A program made the position numbers and the translations under genes. The notes beneath the pieces are model-generated. The model was not told where the DNA came from and did not search any database. It saw only the letters and a program-made list of their open reading frames with translations. 64,000 nucleotides of DNA from Halodesulfurarchaeum sp. (lineage in GTDB: Archaea > Halobacteriota > Halobacteria > Halobacteriales > Halobacteriaceae): the NCBI GenBank assembly GCA_034520565.1, contig JAXHNL010000002.1:1088001-1152000 (forward strand), given 5' to 3'. Positions 9,631 to 18,993 of this stretch are shown here, piece by piece (position 1 is the stretch's first letter; every line of letters begins with the position of its first letter).

Positions 9631-10956
9631 ATGCATCGCCGTCGCCTCCTCGCACTCTCCGGTGCGCTCCTCGCTGGCGCGCTCGCCGGTTGTTCGGCCC
9701 CGGCTCCCCGCTCCATGGACCGATCTCCCGGGCCACGGGCCGAGCCCGACGTTGAAGCCGACACTCTCGACAGTCTCGTCGCCGACGCGAACACCTTCTC
9801 GACGGCCCTGTATCACGAGACCACCGCGGATTCGCCGACCGAGAACGCCATCGTTTCGCCCCTCAGCGTGACCACAACGCTCGCGATGGCCTTCGCGGGG
9901 GCCGGCGGGGAGACCAGGTCCCAGATGCGGGAGGCCCTTGAATACTCCCTGAACGACGAGTCGCTTCATCCGGCGTTCAACGCACTACAGCGCGAACTGA
10001 ACGACCGCGCTGCGGAAATAGAGGATCTCCCCTCTGGATACGAGGCGGGGGACGACCCGGTCCCGTTCGAACTCTCCCTCGTCAACGCCGTGTGGGGCCA
10101 ATCCGGGTTTCCGTTCGAGGAGGCATACCTCGAAGTGCTCGCGGATCACTACGGCGGTGGCCTTCGGGAGGTCGACTACAGGGCCGACCCGGAACGGGTC
10201 CGTCGGACCATCAACGACTGGGTGGCCGGACAGACAGCAGGCCGGATCGACGAGTTACTTCCACAGGGCACACTCGACACGCTCACGCGACTGGTCTTGA
10301 CCAACGCCGTGTACTTCAAGGCGAACTGGCACGAGCCATTCGACCCCGAGGACACCCGGCAGGCTCCCTTTAGGCCGCTTCAGGGATCGCCAACGGAGGT
10401 GCCGATGATGACCACAACGGATCCGGCACCCTACGCGGCGGTCGACGGGACACAGGCCGTCGAACTCCCGTACCTCGGTGGAGACGTGTCGATGCTCGTT
10501 CTGCTTCCGCCCCCGGGGGAGTTCGAGTCCGTCGAGGCGAGGCTGGATTCCGTGCTTTACTCGACCGTCGCCGAGGCCCTCGAACCACGGGAGGGCTCGA
10601 TCGCGATCCCGAAATTCGAGTTCGGCGCCGGGTACAAACTGAAACCGGCCCTCGAGACGCTGGGGATGCCCGAGGCGTTCGATCCGCAGGCAGCTGACTT
10701 CTCGGGAATGGCCGACATCGAGGGCACCGGGGAACGTCTCTTCATCGACGACGTGTACCACGACACCTACATCGGGGTCGACGAGACCGGAACGGAAGCT
10801 GCAGCGGCGACCGGGGCCGTGATCGGGTATACGTCTGCACCGGCTGACCCCTTCGAGTTCGTTGCGGATCGCCCGTTCCTGTTTGCCATCCGGGATCGGC
10901 CGACCGGCGCGATCCTCTTTCTGGGGCGAGTCGTCGACGCCGGGGCGGCCCAGTAA
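9631..10956 (+). CDS. Serpin-family protease inhibitor, Tat-exported lipoprotein
   Basis: MHRRRLLA...LAGC (Tat signal plus lipobox); SPLS, INDWV..T.G.I, NAVYFKANW, VDETGTEAAAATG hinge, F.ADRPFLF. Confidence 0.93.
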   Translation: MHRRRLLALSGALLAGALAGCSAPAPRSMDRSPGPRAEPDVEADTLDSLVADANTFSTALYHETTADSPTENAIVSPLSVTTTLAMAFAGAGGETRSQMREALEYSLNDESLHPAFNALQRELNDRAAEIEDLPSGYEAGDDPVPFELSLVNAVWGQSGFPFEEAYLEVLADHYGGGLREVDYRADPERVRRTINDWVAGQTAGRIDELLPQGTLDTLTRLVLTNAVYFKANWHEPFDPEDTRQAPFRPLQGSPTEVPMMTTTDPAPYAAVDGTQAVELPYLGGDVSMLVLLPPPGEFESVEARLDSVLYSTVAEALEPREGSIAIPKFEFGAGYKLKPALETLGMPEAFDPQAADFSGMADIEGTGERLFIDDVYHDTYIGVDETGTEAAAATGAVIGYTSAPADPFEFVADRPFLFAIRDRPTGAILFLGRVVDAGAAQ

Positions 10957-11010
10957 CGGCGACACAGGGAGCCGGAACGCTTAGGGAAATCCTCCGGCTA
11001 GAGGGAGCCA

Positions 11011-11553
11011 ATGCGTCTGTTCCGGCCGAGTACCCTCCTCGGCATCGCGAGGGAAACCCTGGAGTTCACCCTCGAGGCCTGCGAGGAGACCCATCCGAAC
11101 GAGTACATGGGCTTTCTCCGGGCCGAGGACGCCGACAAACTCGGCCTCGACCGGACCGGACAGGTGATCACGGACGTGCTGGTGATCCCGGGGACGAAGT
11201 CCAATCCGGTGAGCGCCACCGTTCGTTCGCACATGAAGCCCAACGACATGCGCTCGGTCGGTTCGGTCCACTCCCATCCGAACGGTGCGCTCCGGCCAAG
11301 CGACGCCGATCTCGCCACGTTCGGTCAGGGACAGGTACACATCATCGTCGGCGCACCGTACGGCTGGGGGGACTGGAAGGCCTTCGACAACCAGGGCAAC
11401 CAGACCACACTCGACGTGCTCGACGTCGAACTCCCTGAGCACCACTTCTTCGATTTCACGCAGGACGATATCGACGCCGAACTGGCCGCGGAGGGTCGCC
11501 TCGATGGGGACGAGGAGGACACAGCCGATACGGACTCCGGCTGGTTCTTCTGA
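11011..11553 (+). CDS. JAB1/MPN/Mov34 metalloprotease (JAMM family)
   Basis: HPNEYMG and HSHPNG...PSDADL JAMM motif. Confidence 0.9.
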   Translation: MRLFRPSTLLGIARETLEFTLEACEETHPNEYMGFLRAEDADKLGLDRTGQVITDVLVIPGTKSNPVSATVRSHMKPNDMRSVGSVHSHPNGALRPSDADLATFGQGQVHIIVGAPYGWGDWKAFDNQGNQTTLDVLDVELPEHHFFDFTQDDIDAELAAEGRLDGDEEDTADTDSGWFF

Positions 11554-11581
11554 CGGTGCCGAAATCGACGGCGAACCTCGG

Positions 11582-11773
11582 TTACTGTCCGCTCGGTTTG
11601 GGCTCGAACCCGGTCGTTACCGGCATCACGCTGATGCCACCGTCCGGGGAGGCGACGACCAGACAGTTCCCGCCCCGTTCGAGTTTGCTTTCCTCGAAAA
11701 CCGCGTCATCGAGTTCGATCCGCCCGTCGGCGTCGATCGAGTGAACGCCGACCATGGTCCGCTCGGTAGTCAT
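11582..11773 (-). CDS. Small hypothetical protein, possibly AbrB/SpoVT-like fold
   Basis: MTTERTMVGVHSIDADGRIELDD...LERGG..LVV resembles the AbrB D..GRI.L pattern. Confidence 0.45.
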   Translation of the reverse strand: MTTERTMVGVHSIDADGRIELDDAVFEESKLERGGNCLVVASPDGGISVMPVTTGFEPKPSGQ

Positions 11774-11834
11774 GACAGGAGATTGGTCCGGAGACGTAAC
11801 TGAATACCGGATCTGGCGTGGCGTTCTGATCACA

Positions 11835-13295
11835 TCACCCGAGGTGGACGAGGGCGATGTCCGTGTCGATCCCGTCGAGGTTCCTGAACGTCGGCGGGGA
11901 GCGGATCCGCGACGTGACCGATCGATCGCTGCTGGACCCGATGAAGACCACGTCGTAGTACGCTCCGTTTCGCTCGAGGAATTCGCCGACAGGGCCGGTG
12001 GCGACTCTGGTTTCGATGTCAGACTCGAAGGAGTCGACTAACTCAGTCAGCATGGTCTCGGCTTCGCGCCGCCGCTCGCGTTCCTCGACGGTGTGGGCCA
12101 CGCTCACGCGCTCGGGGGTCGCTGCGATCCGGGTGGCGAAGTCGATCATCGCGTGGGCGGTCGGGCCCGGTCCTCGAACCAGCACGAGGACGCGACTCCA
12201 GCTCGTCGCCAGGTCCGTGGGGTGGAAGGCGATGGTGTCCACGTCGCCCCCGAAGAGCCCCACGAGGTACGGCGTCGGGTTCGCGAGTTCGCCCCTGTGG
12301 CTGGTGACTATCAGGTCACAGGCAAGGGTGTGGGCCGCTTCGATCGTCGTCCGGGGGTTTTCGGGGTCGCCGGGTTCGACCGCGATCTCGGTCGGGACGT
12401 CGACGGTTTCCCCGATCGCGGCTTTGACGCGCTCGAGCAGCCCGATATCGGGGGTTTCCGACCAGGGACCGACGACCTGCAGCCCTGCTGCTCCCTCGGT
12501 CTGTGCGTCTGTGGGGGCGGTTTTCGGGTCGGTTGGCGGTCCGAAAACGGGCTCGGGTAACGGCTCGTGGGGCGAGGCCCGGTAGAGCACGACCCGTCCC
12601 GCCTCGTGGGCCGCCGCGAGGAGCGCTCCGAAGAGGGCCGTCTCCTCGTCGGTGGGAAGCCCCCGAACCGGAACGAGCACCCGATCGTCCCTGGCGGTCG
12701 TCCGGTAGAGGAACTCGGCCCGCTGTTCGTAGACGTGCTCGTACCAGAGGAGGAAGACCCCGGCGACGATCGCACTGGACACGGCGATGGCGATGACGTA
12801 CGCGACGTTCGTGCCGGCCAAAAGCGCGAGCAGTGCGGCCGAAAACGCCGTCGGCACTTCGAGGTCGAGTGCCCAGGTGAGTACCGCCGTGAGGGCGATC
12901 GCCAGTGCGGTGGCACCGGCGTGGACCTCCATGTAGCCCGGTGGCACCGAGTACCAGAACGCAGTCAGGAACTCGAGGGCCGCCCACCCTGAAAACGCTC
13001 CGAGGGTCATCCCGCCGACGAACCGCTTCGGGTCGGCATACTGGCTTTCCGGATCTGCAAAGAGCGTGTACGTGCCGGCGGCGAGAGGCGGGTAAATGAC
13101 GAAGGGGAGGACGTCGATCGCGTTCGAGAGCCAGGTGAGCCCGGCCAGGATGACCGGCACCACGAAGACGATCATCAGGTGGAGGAGCCGCTCCGTGCTC
13201 GAAATCCGGTGATGAAGCGTTTCTACCACGTGGTACTTCCCGGCCAGCAGGAACCGTTCGATGGAGCCCCGGACGTCCCCTCCTCCCCGACTCAT
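11835..13295 (-). CDS. HPP-family membrane protein fused to two universal-stress (USP)-like domains
   Basis: YPPLAAGTYTLF and P.AFS.ALL TM region, followed by RVLVPVRG and RVLVLVRG...VVFIGSS USP-like repeats. Confidence 0.8.
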   Translation of the reverse strand: MSRGGGDVRGSIERFLLAGKYHVVETLHHRISSTERLLHLMIVFVVPVILAGLTWLSNAIDVLPFVIYPPLAAGTYTLFADPESQYADPKRFVGGMTLGAFSGWAALEFLTAFWYSVPPGYMEVHAGATALAIALTAVLTWALDLEVPTAFSAALLALLAGTNVAYVIAIAVSSAIVAGVFLLWYEHVYEQRAEFLYRTTARDDRVLVPVRGLPTDEETALFGALLAAAHEAGRVVLYRASPHEPLPEPVFGPPTDPKTAPTDAQTEGAAGLQVVGPWSETPDIGLLERVKAAIGETVDVPTEIAVEPGDPENPRTTIEAAHTLACDLIVTSHRGELANPTPYLVGLFGGDVDTIAFHPTDLATSWSRVLVLVRGPGPTAHAMIDFATRIAATPERVSVAHTVEERERRREAETMLTELVDSFESDIETRVATGPVGEFLERNGAYYDVVFIGSSSDRSVTSRIRSPPTFRNLDGIDTDIALVHLG

Positions 13296-13481
13296 ATCAC
13301 TCGGTCTGACCGAAACCTGTTGAACGCTCCGATCGGCGGTGACGGCCCAAACGGACCCGGCAATCGTCCTCAGGGCCCGATGGAAACCCCATCTCTCGAA
13401 CAGGGACCATATAAGCGATGGGCTCCTATGACCACTCGATTGCTCCGAGGCCCAGCACCGACCTCGGGGGAACGGGTACAC

Positions 13482-14048
13482 ATGACTGGTCAGGTATTCC
13501 GACTCTCCGCGTCGTTCGAACTCCCGCTCGAGGATCTCGAGGCATACCTCGAGGACCCGGATCTCCCCCCGGAGATCGAGTCTCTCGAGCGGACGAGACG
13601 AAACAACATCTTGCTTATCAAGGCCGTCGCCGCCGGGGACGGGGTGGGCAAGTACACACCGACGGCCCAACTGAAGGCGAGTATCGAGGAAAAACGCGTC
13701 TACGAGGAGGAGCCCCCACGGGGACGTCGCTGGAATTCCCTCGACGAAGACGAAGAGATCCCGAGTGAACTCGTCACGATGGCGAACTTCAGCGGCGATC
13801 GCGAGGCGGTCCTACAGAACACCGCCTTGCAGTACGAGATGTTTACGGTCCTCACCGACATCGCGCTCCTCGACACCGAGGGCTCGCTCACGGCGATCAC
13901 CGCCTTCGACGGCTCTCTCGAGCCCCTCAAAATCGTCGACGGCGAACCGACGCCCGCGACCGTCGAAGTCGTTGAAGAACCGGTCGAAGCGGGCGAGGGC
14001 GAGGACGGTGGCGTCGACTGGCGGGAGAACCCCTACATTTCCGAGTAG
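13482..14048 (+). CDS. Conserved haloarchaeal hypothetical protein
   Basis: Acidic ORF MTGQVFRLSASFELPLEDL...KYTPTAQLKA...VDWRENPYISE. Confidence 0.75.
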   Translation: MTGQVFRLSASFELPLEDLEAYLEDPDLPPEIESLERTRRNNILLIKAVAAGDGVGKYTPTAQLKASIEEKRVYEEEPPRGRRWNSLDEDEEIPSELVTMANFSGDREAVLQNTALQYEMFTVLTDIALLDTEGSLTAITAFDGSLEPLKIVDGEPTPATVEVVEEPVEAGEGEDGGVDWRENPYISE

Positions 14049-14151
14049 CGGGTGCTTCGACCCGGTTTCTGGCGGCCGGTCCCCACTCCAGTGTGAGAGA
14101 CGTCAGCGCGTGATGCCAATCGTTTTCCTTCCCGGCGACGGACCCTGCAGT

Positions 14152-15432
14152 ATGCAACTGTCGCCACTCGGGATTGCCGAGTTGGACACGGAGCGACGCC
14201 GGGCGATTCTCGAACGGGACGCCGGGGTCGAGTCGGAGCGGGAAACCGTCCGGGAGATCATCGAACAGGTCCGGACCGACGGGGACGCCGCGATCCGGGA
14301 ATTGAGCCGTCGTTTCGACGGCGTGGACCTCGATTCGATCGAGATCACCGATCGGATCGCCGGGGCAGCCGAGGCCGTCGACCGGGACGTTCGGTCCGCG
14401 ATCGAGACGGCTGCGTCGAACATCCGGACGTTCCACCGCGAACAGGTTCCGACCGACTGGCGGGCCGACTTCGACGGACGTGAGCTGGGGCGTCGGTTCC
14501 GCCCACTCGACCGCGTCGGCATCTACGCCCCGGGGGGTACCGCAGCGTATCCGTCGAGTGTGCTGATGGGGGTCATTCCGGCCAAAGTGGCGGGCGTCGA
14601 CGAAGTGGCCGTCGCGACCCCGCCGGCCGAGGAATTGCACCCGGCCACACTCGCGGCCCTCGAGGTCGCCGGTGCTGACGCCGTCTACCAGATCGGTGGA
14701 GCCCAGGCGATCGCGGCGCTGGCCTACGGGACCGAAAGTGTCGCCCCTGTCCAGAAGATCGCCGGGCCCGGGAATCGCTTCGTGACGGCAGCCAAAGCCG
14801 AAGTTCAGGGCGACGTCGCGATCGACTTCCTCGCGGGCCCGAGCGAACTGCTCGCGATCGCGGACCACACTGCCGATCCGACTGCGGTGGCCGCGGACAT
14901 GCTCGCACAGGCCGAACACGATCCCGATTCCCCGGTGGTCGCCGTCGCGACGAGCGAGGGAATCGCCGAATCGATTCGAGACGCCGTCGAGGTGCAACTT
15001 CCGGAGCGCGACCGTGCAGAAACGATCGAGGCCGCTCTCTCGGGGTCCCAGTCGGCGATCCTCGTCGCGGCGTCGATGGACGAAGCCACCACGTTCGCGG
15101 AGGCCTACGCCGCCGAGCACCTCTCGATTCAGACGGCCGACGACGAGGCCGTACTCGCGGAAATCGACAGTGCGGGCTCGGTGTTCCTCGGCCCTGACAC
15201 GCCGGTCGCCGCCGGCGACTACGCGACTGGCACGAACCACGTCCTGCCGACCGGGGGCCAGGCCAAGCTGGTCGGCGGGCTCTCGGTCGACACCTTCCTG
15301 CGGGCGACGACGGTCCAGCGATTGGATCAGGAGTCTCTCGCGGAACTGGGGGAGACGGTCATGACGCTCGCGGCGACGGAGGGGCTCGACGCCCACGAAG
15401 AAAGCGTGGCCGTTCGGCTCGAGAAGGACTGA
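14152..15432 (+). CDS. hisD: Histidinol dehydrogenase
   Basis: YAPGGTAAYPSSVLM, GGAQAIAALAYG, GPGN, AGPSE, QAEHD, GDYATGTNHVLPT. Confidence 0.96.
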   Translation: MQLSPLGIAELDTERRRAILERDAGVESERETVREIIEQVRTDGDAAIRELSRRFDGVDLDSIEITDRIAGAAEAVDRDVRSAIETAASNIRTFHREQVPTDWRADFDGRELGRRFRPLDRVGIYAPGGTAAYPSSVLMGVIPAKVAGVDEVAVATPPAEELHPATLAALEVAGADAVYQIGGAQAIAALAYGTESVAPVQKIAGPGNRFVTAAKAEVQGDVAIDFLAGPSELLAIADHTADPTAVAADMLAQAEHDPDSPVVAVATSEGIAESIRDAVEVQLPERDRAETIEAALSGSQSAILVAASMDEATTFAEAYAAEHLSIQTADDEAVLAEIDSAGSVFLGPDTPVAAGDYATGTNHVLPTGGQAKLVGGLSVDTFLRATTVQRLDQESLAELGETVMTLAATEGLDAHEESVAVRLEKD

Positions 15433-15464
15433 GCTCGAAAGAACCGGGAACCGTTCGGAACCGA

Positions 15465-15674
15465 TCAGGCGGTTGGCTCTTCGAGTTCGAAGGCGACCTC
15501 CAGTTCGACCTGGTACTGGCGGGTTTCGACGGACGCGATTTCGACGCCCATCTCGAGTACTTCCGCCCACATGACGTTGTCGAGGGTCATTTCGGCCCGA
15601 TCGACGGCGTTGTCGGCGGCTGCTTCGAAGCTCTCCTCGCTCGTTCCGGTCAGCGTGATTTTCTTGTACACCAT
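15465..15674 (-). CDS. Dodecin (flavin-binding protein)
   Basis: [34 protein letters not shown]...YQVELEVAF. Confidence 0.93.
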   Translation of the reverse strand: MVYKKITLTGTSEESFEAAADNAVDRAEMTLDNVMWAEVLEMGVEIASVETRQYQVELEVAFELEEPTA

Positions 15675-15706
15675 CGAACCGACCTACGGAGGCGGCCCCG
15701 ATAAAA

Positions 15707-16375
15707 CTACGCGCCGTCTCGGCGGCGCGTCTCGAGCCGTCGCCCGATCGCCCGCGTGACGGGTTCGATACGCGCCGTTCCGAGGCCCGCGACGATGACT
15801 GCGCCCACGGTATTGAACACGAGGTCCAGCATCGTGTCGCCGACGCCGTACTGGGTGAGTACCGGTTCCGCACCGAGCAATAACGACAGTTCGGCGAGTA
15901 CGAACTCGGCGACCTCCCAGACGACGCCGAAGGCGACCACCAGCACGATGATGAACGTAAACTGGACCGTCGGTGGGAGTTCGATTTCTCTGGTGTGGGC
16001 CTGGAGGGCTCGTACGGTCGCATAGCCTGCCCCGGCGACGAGCGAGGAGGACAGCGCGTGCGTGAGGTGGTCCCACCACCCGATGGCCTGGTAGAAACTC
16101 ATGTCCATCCACGGCAACCCGATGGTCCCGAAGGCATGGAGGAAAACCGCAGCGGTGATCCAGAGCGTGAGCCCGGCGTCCATGGGGATTTCGAAGTCCC
16201 GTTCGAGGACGGCAGGGAGTGCGGTAATCGCCAGTCCGAACCCCGAGTTCACCATGATGCCGACGTCGGTTTCGTAGAAGCCCACGAACAGGAACCCGAC
16301 GAGGGAGAGCTGCATGAGGCGGCTGAGTTGGGTCTGTCGCTGGCGGCTAATCGAAAGTCGTTCCCGGGGTTTCAT
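15707..16375 (-). CDS. Polytopic membrane protein (VanZ/DUF2238-like motifs)
   Basis: TM helices; WWDHLTH, WEVAEF, DTMLDLVFN. Confidence 0.75.
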   Translation of the reverse strand: MKPRERLSISRQRQTQLSRLMQLSLVGFLFVGFYETDVGIMVNSGFGLAITALPAVLERDFEIPMDAGLTLWITAAVFLHAFGTIGLPWMDMSFYQAIGWWDHLTHALSSSLVAGAGYATVRALQAHTREIELPPTVQFTFIIVLVVAFGVVWEVAEFVLAELSLLLGAEPVLTQYGVGDTMLDLVFNTVGAVIVAGLGTARIEPVTRAIGRRLETRRRDGA

Positions 16376-17016
16376 TCGATGGCCTCCGCCACTGCCGGCG
16401 GCAATCTGTTGCGGCCGGCGGCCAGTCGGCGGAAGTACAGGGCGAAGATCACGCCGGCAAGCAGGCCGCCGACCGTCGCGGCCACGAAGTCCCACATCAG
16501 CGCCTCGAGTGCCACTGCCTCGACGGCGGGTGAAACGGGCAGCGGACTCGGGTAGATCAGCGTCGTCCCGAGCAACACGTCCGAGACCCACCGGAGCACC
16601 GCCCAGATTCCCGCCGTGGCCATCGTCGTAACGACGACGAAGACCACGGCGAACCAGGTCGTCATTCGGACCCGCGTAAAGACCTCGAGGTCGACCGCGA
16701 TGACGAGTGCGACCGCCGAAACGCCGAGATACGCGGCGACGTCGGCAATCATTCCGCCAAGCAACCCCCTTGCGAACAGTGGCACGATTCCGAGAGCGAG
16801 CACTTCCCAGGGCAACATCACCCGTGGGTCTTTGAACACCAGCGGCGGGATCGCACCGAGCGCGACGACCGTGAGGGAGACCACTACCCAGACCCAGTCC
16901 CCGTCGAGTGCACTCTCGGCACCCACGAGGGCGAGCGCGAGCAGGAACCCCCAGCCCAGTATCGCGTTGAGGTGAGTGTTTCCCATCAGCGTGGCGAGTT
17001 CACCCGACCGTTCCAT
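16372..17016 (-). CDS. Polytopic membrane protein, apparent divergent paralog of the downstream gene
   Basis: Hydrophobic ORF MERSGELATL...LPWEVLAL...ALMWDFVAAT; 4-nt overlap with the next gene. Confidence 0.7.
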   Translation of the reverse strand: MERSGELATLMGNTHLNAILGWGFLLALALVGAESALDGDWVWVVVSLTVVALGAIPPLVFKDPRVMLPWEVLALGIVPLFARGLLGGMIADVAAYLGVSAVALVIAVDLEVFTRVRMTTWFAVVFVVVTTMATAGIWAVLRWVSDVLLGTTLIYPSPLPVSPAVEAVALEALMWDFVAATVGGLLAGVIFALYFRRLAAGRNRLPPAVAEAIE

Positions 17017-17081
17017 TGTCGAGGGTTCGTGGGGACGGGTTAGGAAAGTGTCGCCTGAGAACGGCTTCTGGTTCGGCGCCG

Positions 17082-17987
17082 TTACAAGGCTACAATCAGG
17101 TAGGCAACGGCGTACCCGATCCCTGCCAGCGTGACGGCGGCGAGGCCAGTCGTGATCCACGAGAGTGGAGCCCGTCGGTCCCGCGGGATCAGGCCGATGG
17201 CCCCCATCGTGAGGGCGCCGAAGACGAACTGGTAGGACTCCCCGAGTGTGGGCGCCGGTATCAGGAAAATCGCGAAGGCGAACGTCGCCCCAACTGCCGC
17301 GTGCGGTTTGATCTGGGCTGCCAGGGACCGGTCGTGGAGTCTACTGAGGGTATAGAGACCCAGCCAGATCGCCCCGATTTCGAGGAAGAAGGCCGCGAGG
17401 AGGTGAAGGGTCGGATCGGCAGCCAACACGATCCGGCCGGTAAACACCTCCAGTCCCGCCGGGTAAAGAAGCCACGGCGGGTCCCCAGTCACGAGGTCGC
17501 CGAAGGGGTGGGTGAACAGGCCGATGCCGGCGGCCAGGCCAGCCACCTGCCAGCCGACCGGAAGCCGCCCCGCGAGAAAACCCAGTCCCACCGCTCCGAG
17601 AACGAACGGAGCGACGACGACCAGCTTTCCGGTCGAGATGGCGACGAGAACACTTCCCGTGGCCAGCGCGACTCCGAGGCCGACGGAGCGTCGATGGCCC
17701 CCGGCAGCAACGAGCCCGATGACACCGGCGATCGGACCGGCAACGAGGAGCGAGTGCGTGACCGACCGATGAGCCGCCGCTCCGTCCCAGAACGCCTCGA
17801 CGGGAACGAGGCCGGATCCGGATCCGGCGACAAGGCCCGGAAGTGCCACGAGCATGTCAAGATCGGGAAGCGTCGCCGCGACCGCAGCGATCACTGCCAG
17901 CGAAACTGCCCGCTCGCGGGACCAGCCCAGCGAGTGACCGGCCAGCCCCACGATGGCGAACGCGAGCGCGGCGTGGCCCACGAACAT
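17082..17987 (-). CDS. Membrane-bound metal-dependent hydrolase (YdjM-like)
   Basis: MFVGHAALAF, LPDLD, HRSVTHS, THPFGD. Confidence 0.85.
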   Translation of the reverse strand: MFVGHAALAFAIVGLAGHSLGWSRERAVSLAVIAAVAATLPDLDMLVALPGLVAGSGSGLVPVEAFWDGAAAHRSVTHSLLVAGPIAGVIGLVAAGGHRRSVGLGVALATGSVLVAISTGKLVVVAPFVLGAVGLGFLAGRLPVGWQVAGLAAGIGLFTHPFGDLVTGDPPWLLYPAGLEVFTGRIVLAADPTLHLLAAFFLEIGAIWLGLYTLSRLHDRSLAAQIKPHAAVGATFAFAIFLIPAPTLGESYQFVFGALTMGAIGLIPRDRRAPLSWITTGLAAVTLAGIGYAVAYLIVAL

Positions 17988-18097
17988 AGCTCGGCTATGC
18001 GCCCGACCCGAATAAATTCATCACCTCCCACTCGTCCGTGCTCGAAAACGTCGAGACCGCTCGACGGCTGGCGGTTCTCGGGAACGACCGGACCCAT

Positions 18098-18949
18098 TCA
18101 CAGCGGCGTTTCGCCCTGCTCGGTCACCAGCGAATCCACGAATCGAGTCGGGGTCGCGTCGTAGGCCGGATTCCCGACCTCGAAACCATCCGGCGGCTCG
18201 CGGATGACCTCGCTCGGTGGCCGGAAGTCGTTCTCGAAGCGGAAGCCGCCGTCGACCACCTTGGCGCTCGATCCGGCGACGGTCACCGGGACGTCCTGGT
18301 CGGCCGCCGTCACGGCGATGGGATAGGTGCCGACCCGGTTGTACAGGACGTCCTCGACGATGCAGTCCATGCCGATCAGTACCTGGTCGACGTCGGTGAG
18401 GTAGTGCCCGGCCGCACTGTCGACGATCAGCGTCGTCTCGATCCGGTCGATGGCCCCGAGCACGCGGGCGGTTTTCCGACCGAGGTGGCGGGGTCGCGCT
18501 TCAGTGACGAACACCTCCAGGTGGGCCCCGTCTCGGGCGGCGGCCTCGAGTGCTTCGAGCACGGTGGAGGAGTAATCGTGGGTCAGTATCGTCATCCCGT
18601 TCCCGATCCGGTCGGCGGCCGCCTCCGCCGCCCGGTGTTTCGCCGTCTCGATCGTCGAGACGACCTCCTCGATCGCCCCTTCGGTGCGGGCTTTGGCGGC
18701 GTCGATGGACTCGGGATCGGCCTCTCGAACGGTCTCGACGATCTCCCGCTGGGTCGTGACCAGCGAGGCGTGTGAGGGATTGGCCCGCCGCAGGGCCGAA
18801 CTGTTGTGTTCGAGTTCGCGGAGATACTCCTCGACGCTTGGGTACTCCCGGTCCAAGAGCTCTTTGAGGGCGTTGGCGGCGTTAGCCGCGACGACCGAGG
18901 AGCTGTGGGTCCGCATCGACCGGATTTCCTCGGCGGTCTCGTCGATCAT
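18098..18949 (-). CDS. eIF-2B alpha/beta/delta-family protein (ribose-1,5-bisphosphate isomerase-like)
   Basis: ILTHDYSSTV, VTEARP..G, LIVDSA, GMDCI, NRVGTY, NPAYDATP. Confidence 0.88.
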   Translation of the reverse strand: MIDETAEEIRSMRTHSSSVVAANAANALKELLDREYPSVEEYLRELEHNSSALRRANPSHASLVTTQREIVETVREADPESIDAAKARTEGAIEEVVSTIETAKHRAAEAAADRIGNGMTILTHDYSSTVLEALEAAARDGAHLEVFVTEARPRHLGRKTARVLGAIDRIETTLIVDSAAGHYLTDVDQVLIGMDCIVEDVLYNRVGTYPIAVTAADQDVPVTVAGSSAKVVDGGFRFENDFRPPSEVIREPPDGFEVGNPAYDATPTRFVDSLVTEQGETPL

Positions 18950-18993
18950 ACGACCACTCCATGCCGACCGGCCAAAAAGGTCCCTGCTCGGGC

